Positions 11,988 to 13,150 of a stretch of 13,150 nt of DNA are shown here, piece after piece. Within the stretch, counting starts at the first letter, position 1; each line of letters starts with the position of its first letter. The notes under the pieces were generated by a model. It made no database searches. It had not been told where the DNA came from and saw nothing but the letters and a program-made list of their open reading frames with translations. The stretch comes from a virus: the IMG/VR virus record IMGVR_UViG_3300013101_003214, one strand, 5' to 3'. The position numbers and the translations under genes were made by a program.

Positions 11988-12058
11988 GCTCCATTAGCAT
12001 AGTGGAAGTGCACCGGCTTCGTAAGCCGGGATCCGCGGTTCGATTCCGTGATGGAGCT
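11988..12058 (+). tRNA. tRNA-Thr (CGT)
   Basis: Perfect acceptor gctccat/atggagc. T8A9. D-stem gcat/gtgc. Anticodon stem ccggc/gccgg with loop ttCGTaa (12020-12022). T-arm cgcgg-ttcgatt-ccgtg. U73. Confidence 0.6.
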
Positions 12059-12228
12059 CCGAGTGTTGCGTAGGTCAATAGTTGAGCGTGCTAGGGCTCT
12101 TTTCATCCAGCGGTAGTGGGACCTTAACGGGTCTAAAGGGTCGCTCCCCCCAACCTTAGAGCACCACGAACATGAGACCGAGCCGTGTACCGACTGGATT
12201 AACCACGGCTCTACGCAACTCTCCTCAA

Positions 12229-12302
12229 TCGGGTATCGTCTAACGGCAAGGCCCAGGTCTTTGACTCCTGATATCGTGGTTCAAATCCACGTGCCCGAAC
12301 CA
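12229..12302 (+). tRNA. tRNA-Gln (TTG)
   Basis: U1:A72 acceptor tcgggta/tgcccga. D-stem gtct/aggc with loop aacggca. Anticodon stem cagg/cctg with loop ctTTGac (12261-12263). T-arm cgtgg-ttcaaat-ccacg. A73 plus CCA. Confidence 0.5.
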
Positions 12303-12309
12303 AGCTTTT

Positions 12310-12383
12310 GCTCCTTGTAGCCATCTGGGAAGGCACCTGCCTTGTAAGCAGGCGAGGCGGTTCGATTCCGACAGGGAGCTCCA
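12310..12383 (+). tRNA. tRNA-Thr (TGT)
   Basis: Acceptor gctcctt/agggagc. Anticodon stem cctgc/gcagg with loop ctTGTaa (12343-12345). T-loop ttcgatt. U73 plus CCA. Confidence 0.55.
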
Positions 12384-12387
12384 TAAT

Positions 12388-12460
12388 GCCTCTCAGACAA
12401 GCTGGTGCAGGTGGCGGACTGTTAATCCGTGAGAGCTGGGTTCGATTCCCAGGGGAGGCG
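12388..12460 (+). tRNA. tRNA-Asn (GTT)
   Basis: Acceptor gcctctc/gggaggc. Anticodon stem gcgga/tccgt with loop ctGTTaa (12421-12423). T-arm ctggg-ttcgatt-cccag. G73. Confidence 0.55.
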
Positions 12461-12468
12461 CAACAACT

Positions 12469-12539
12469 GATCTCGTCAGCTAACGGTAGGCTACAAGATT
12501 CTCAATCTTGCAATGGGGGTCCGACTCCCCTCGAGATCG
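12469..12539 (+). tRNA. tRNA-Glu (CTC)
   Basis: Perfect acceptor gatctcg/cgagatc. D-stem agct/ggct with loop aacggta. Anticodon stem caaga/tcttg with loop ttCTCaa (12501-12503). T-arm ggggg-tccgact-cccct. G73. Confidence 0.6.
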
Positions 12540-12543
12540 CTAC

Positions 12544-12615
12544 GCTCGATTAGCTCAGCAGAAGAGCGCTGCTTCGACAAAGCAGAGGCCGGAGGTGCGA
12601 TTCCTCCATCGAGCA
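12544..12615 (+). tRNA. tRNA-Val (GAC)
   Basis: Perfect acceptor gctcgat/atcgagc. T8A9. D-stem gctc/gagc. Anticodon stem ctgct/agcag with loop tcGACaa (12576-12578, C33). T-arm ggagg-tgcgatt-cctcc. A73. Confidence 0.55.
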
Positions 12616-12624
12616 CCGATCACT

Positions 12625-12695
12625 GCCTTTGTAGTTCAACGGAAGAACGCTTGCTTGGTACGCAGGAAACGGGAGTTCGACTCTCCCCTTAGGCT
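12625..12695 (+). tRNA. tRNA-Thr (GGT)
   Basis: Acceptor gcctttg/cttaggc with two U.U. T8A9. D-stem gttc/gaac with loop aacggaa. Anticodon stem cttgc/gcagg with loop ttGGTac (12657-12659). T-arm gggag-ttcgact-ctccc. U73. Confidence 0.5.
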
Positions 12696-12699
12696 CTAT

Positions 12700-12771
12700 G
12701 GCTCTGCCGGTGGACCCGGGCCGCGGACTACGAATTCGCGAGAGAAGGTTCGATCCCTTCTAGAGTCACCA
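12700..12771 (+). tRNA. tRNA-Arg (ACG)
   Basis: Acceptor ggctctg/tagagtc. D-stem ccgg/ccgg. Anticodon stem gcgga/ttcgc with loop ctACGaa (12730-12732). T-arm gaagg-ttcgatc-ccttc. A73 plus CCA. Confidence 0.55.
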
Positions 12772-12843
12772 GTCACTGCGGGTGGAACCCGGCTTGAATC
12801 TCCGAAGTTCGATGAAGGCGTTCGATTCGCCTCAGTGGCACCA
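12772..12843 (+). tRNA. tRNA-Arg (CCG), tentative anticodon assignment
   Basis: Acceptor gtcactg/cagtggc. T-arm aggcg-ttcgatt-cgcct. A73 plus CCA. Best anticodon fold is tgaat/gttcg with loop ctCCGaa (12802-12804), which has two G-U pairs. Confidence 0.4.
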
Positions 12844-12844
12844 T

Positions 12845-12921
12845 GCCTGCGTGTCCTAATTGGAACGGGAGCACGGCTTAGACCCGTGTGTTTGTCGGTT
12901 CGAATCCGACCGCAGGCACCA
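12845..12921 (+). tRNA. tRNA with Leu anticodon TAG but only a 5-nt variable loop (class-I architecture)
   Basis: Perfect acceptor gcctgcg/cgcaggc. D-stem tcct/ggga. Anticodon stem cacgg/ccgtg with loop ctTAGac (12879-12881). T-arm gtcgg-ttcgaat-ccgac. A73 plus CCA. Confidence 0.55.
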
Positions 12922-12922
12922 T

Positions 12923-12999
12923 ACCTGGGTATTCCAACTGGCAGAGAAGGTGCCTTGAGGAGGCATACAGTGCGGGTTCGACTCCCGTCCCAGGTACCA
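12923..12999 (+). tRNA. tRNA with Leu anticodon GAG, short variable loop
   Basis: Perfect acceptor acctggg/cccaggt. T8A9. Anticodon stem gtgcc/ggcat with loop ttGAGga (12957-12959). T-arm gcggg-ttcgact-cccgt. A73 plus CCA. Confidence 0.55.
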
Positions 13000-13000
13000 T

Positions 13001-13077
13001 GGGGACATGATCTAACTGGAATAGATGCTGGCCTTAAAAGCCGGTTTTTGAGGGTTCGAGTCCCTCTGTCCCTACCA
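13001..13077 (+). tRNA. tRNA with Leu anticodon TAA, short variable loop
   Basis: Acceptor ggggaca/tgtccct. D-stem atct/agat. Anticodon stem ctggc/gccgg with loop ctTAAaa (13035-13037). T-arm gaggg-ttcgagt-ccctc. A73 plus CCA. Confidence 0.55.
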
Positions 13078-13078
13078 T

Positions 13079-13150
13079 GCCGGGGGTCGTAGACTGCGCG
13101 GGGCGTCCAAAGTCCTGCGTCCAGGTGAGACCCCTGGCAAGGCGCCAAGG
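13079..13150 (+). tRNA. probable 5' part of a further (class II?) tRNA truncated by the window edge
   Basis: Starts gccgggg right after the preceding CCA. Contains hairpin ccagg-tgagacc-cctgg (13121-13137). The 3' end lies outside the window. Confidence 0.25.

Noticed and set aside
7750-13070. Recurrent GGTTCGA(A/T)TCC motif at irregular intervals, considered as a CRISPR-like repeat array
   Set aside because: The motifs are T-loops of individual tRNA genes. Spacing is irregular (70-230 nt), and flanking sequences fold into cloverleaves.
12508-13148. Plus 194-aa and minus 150-aa ORFs at the right end
   Set aside because: They span six consecutive tRNA genes. Arg/Pro-rich low-complexity translation.

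Overview
This is a high-GC (about 58-60%) window that looks like part of a large phage or prophage genome. All RNA folds and protein similarities were judged by eye, without search or folding tools. RNA coordinates are +/-2 nt, and anticodon calls need confirming with tRNAscan-SE or ARAGORN.

Left 7.6 kb: a tightly packed minus-strand gene block with ATGA/TTGA overlapping junctions and GGAGG-type ribosome-binding sites. It encodes an RHH regulator plus a zinc-ribbon protein with their own sigma70-like promoter, a thymidylate kinase, an HNH homing endonuclease, a GroES co-chaperonin, and several small proteins (one zinc-finger-like, one Cys-rich coiled-coil). It also encodes an 885-aa protein with the repeat/SPFH/coiled-coil architecture of eukaryotic major vault protein (MVP).

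Right 5.5 kb (7.7-13.15 kb): a plus-strand tRNA array of about 35 intact-looking tRNAs whose anticodons together cover all 20 amino acids. It starts from an extended -10 promoter. It is interrupted by a plus-strand PD-(D/E)XK nuclease ORF, an antisense M15-peptidase endolysin gene, internal hairpin/terminator structures, and several broken, oversized or apparently circularly permuted tRNA-like elements.
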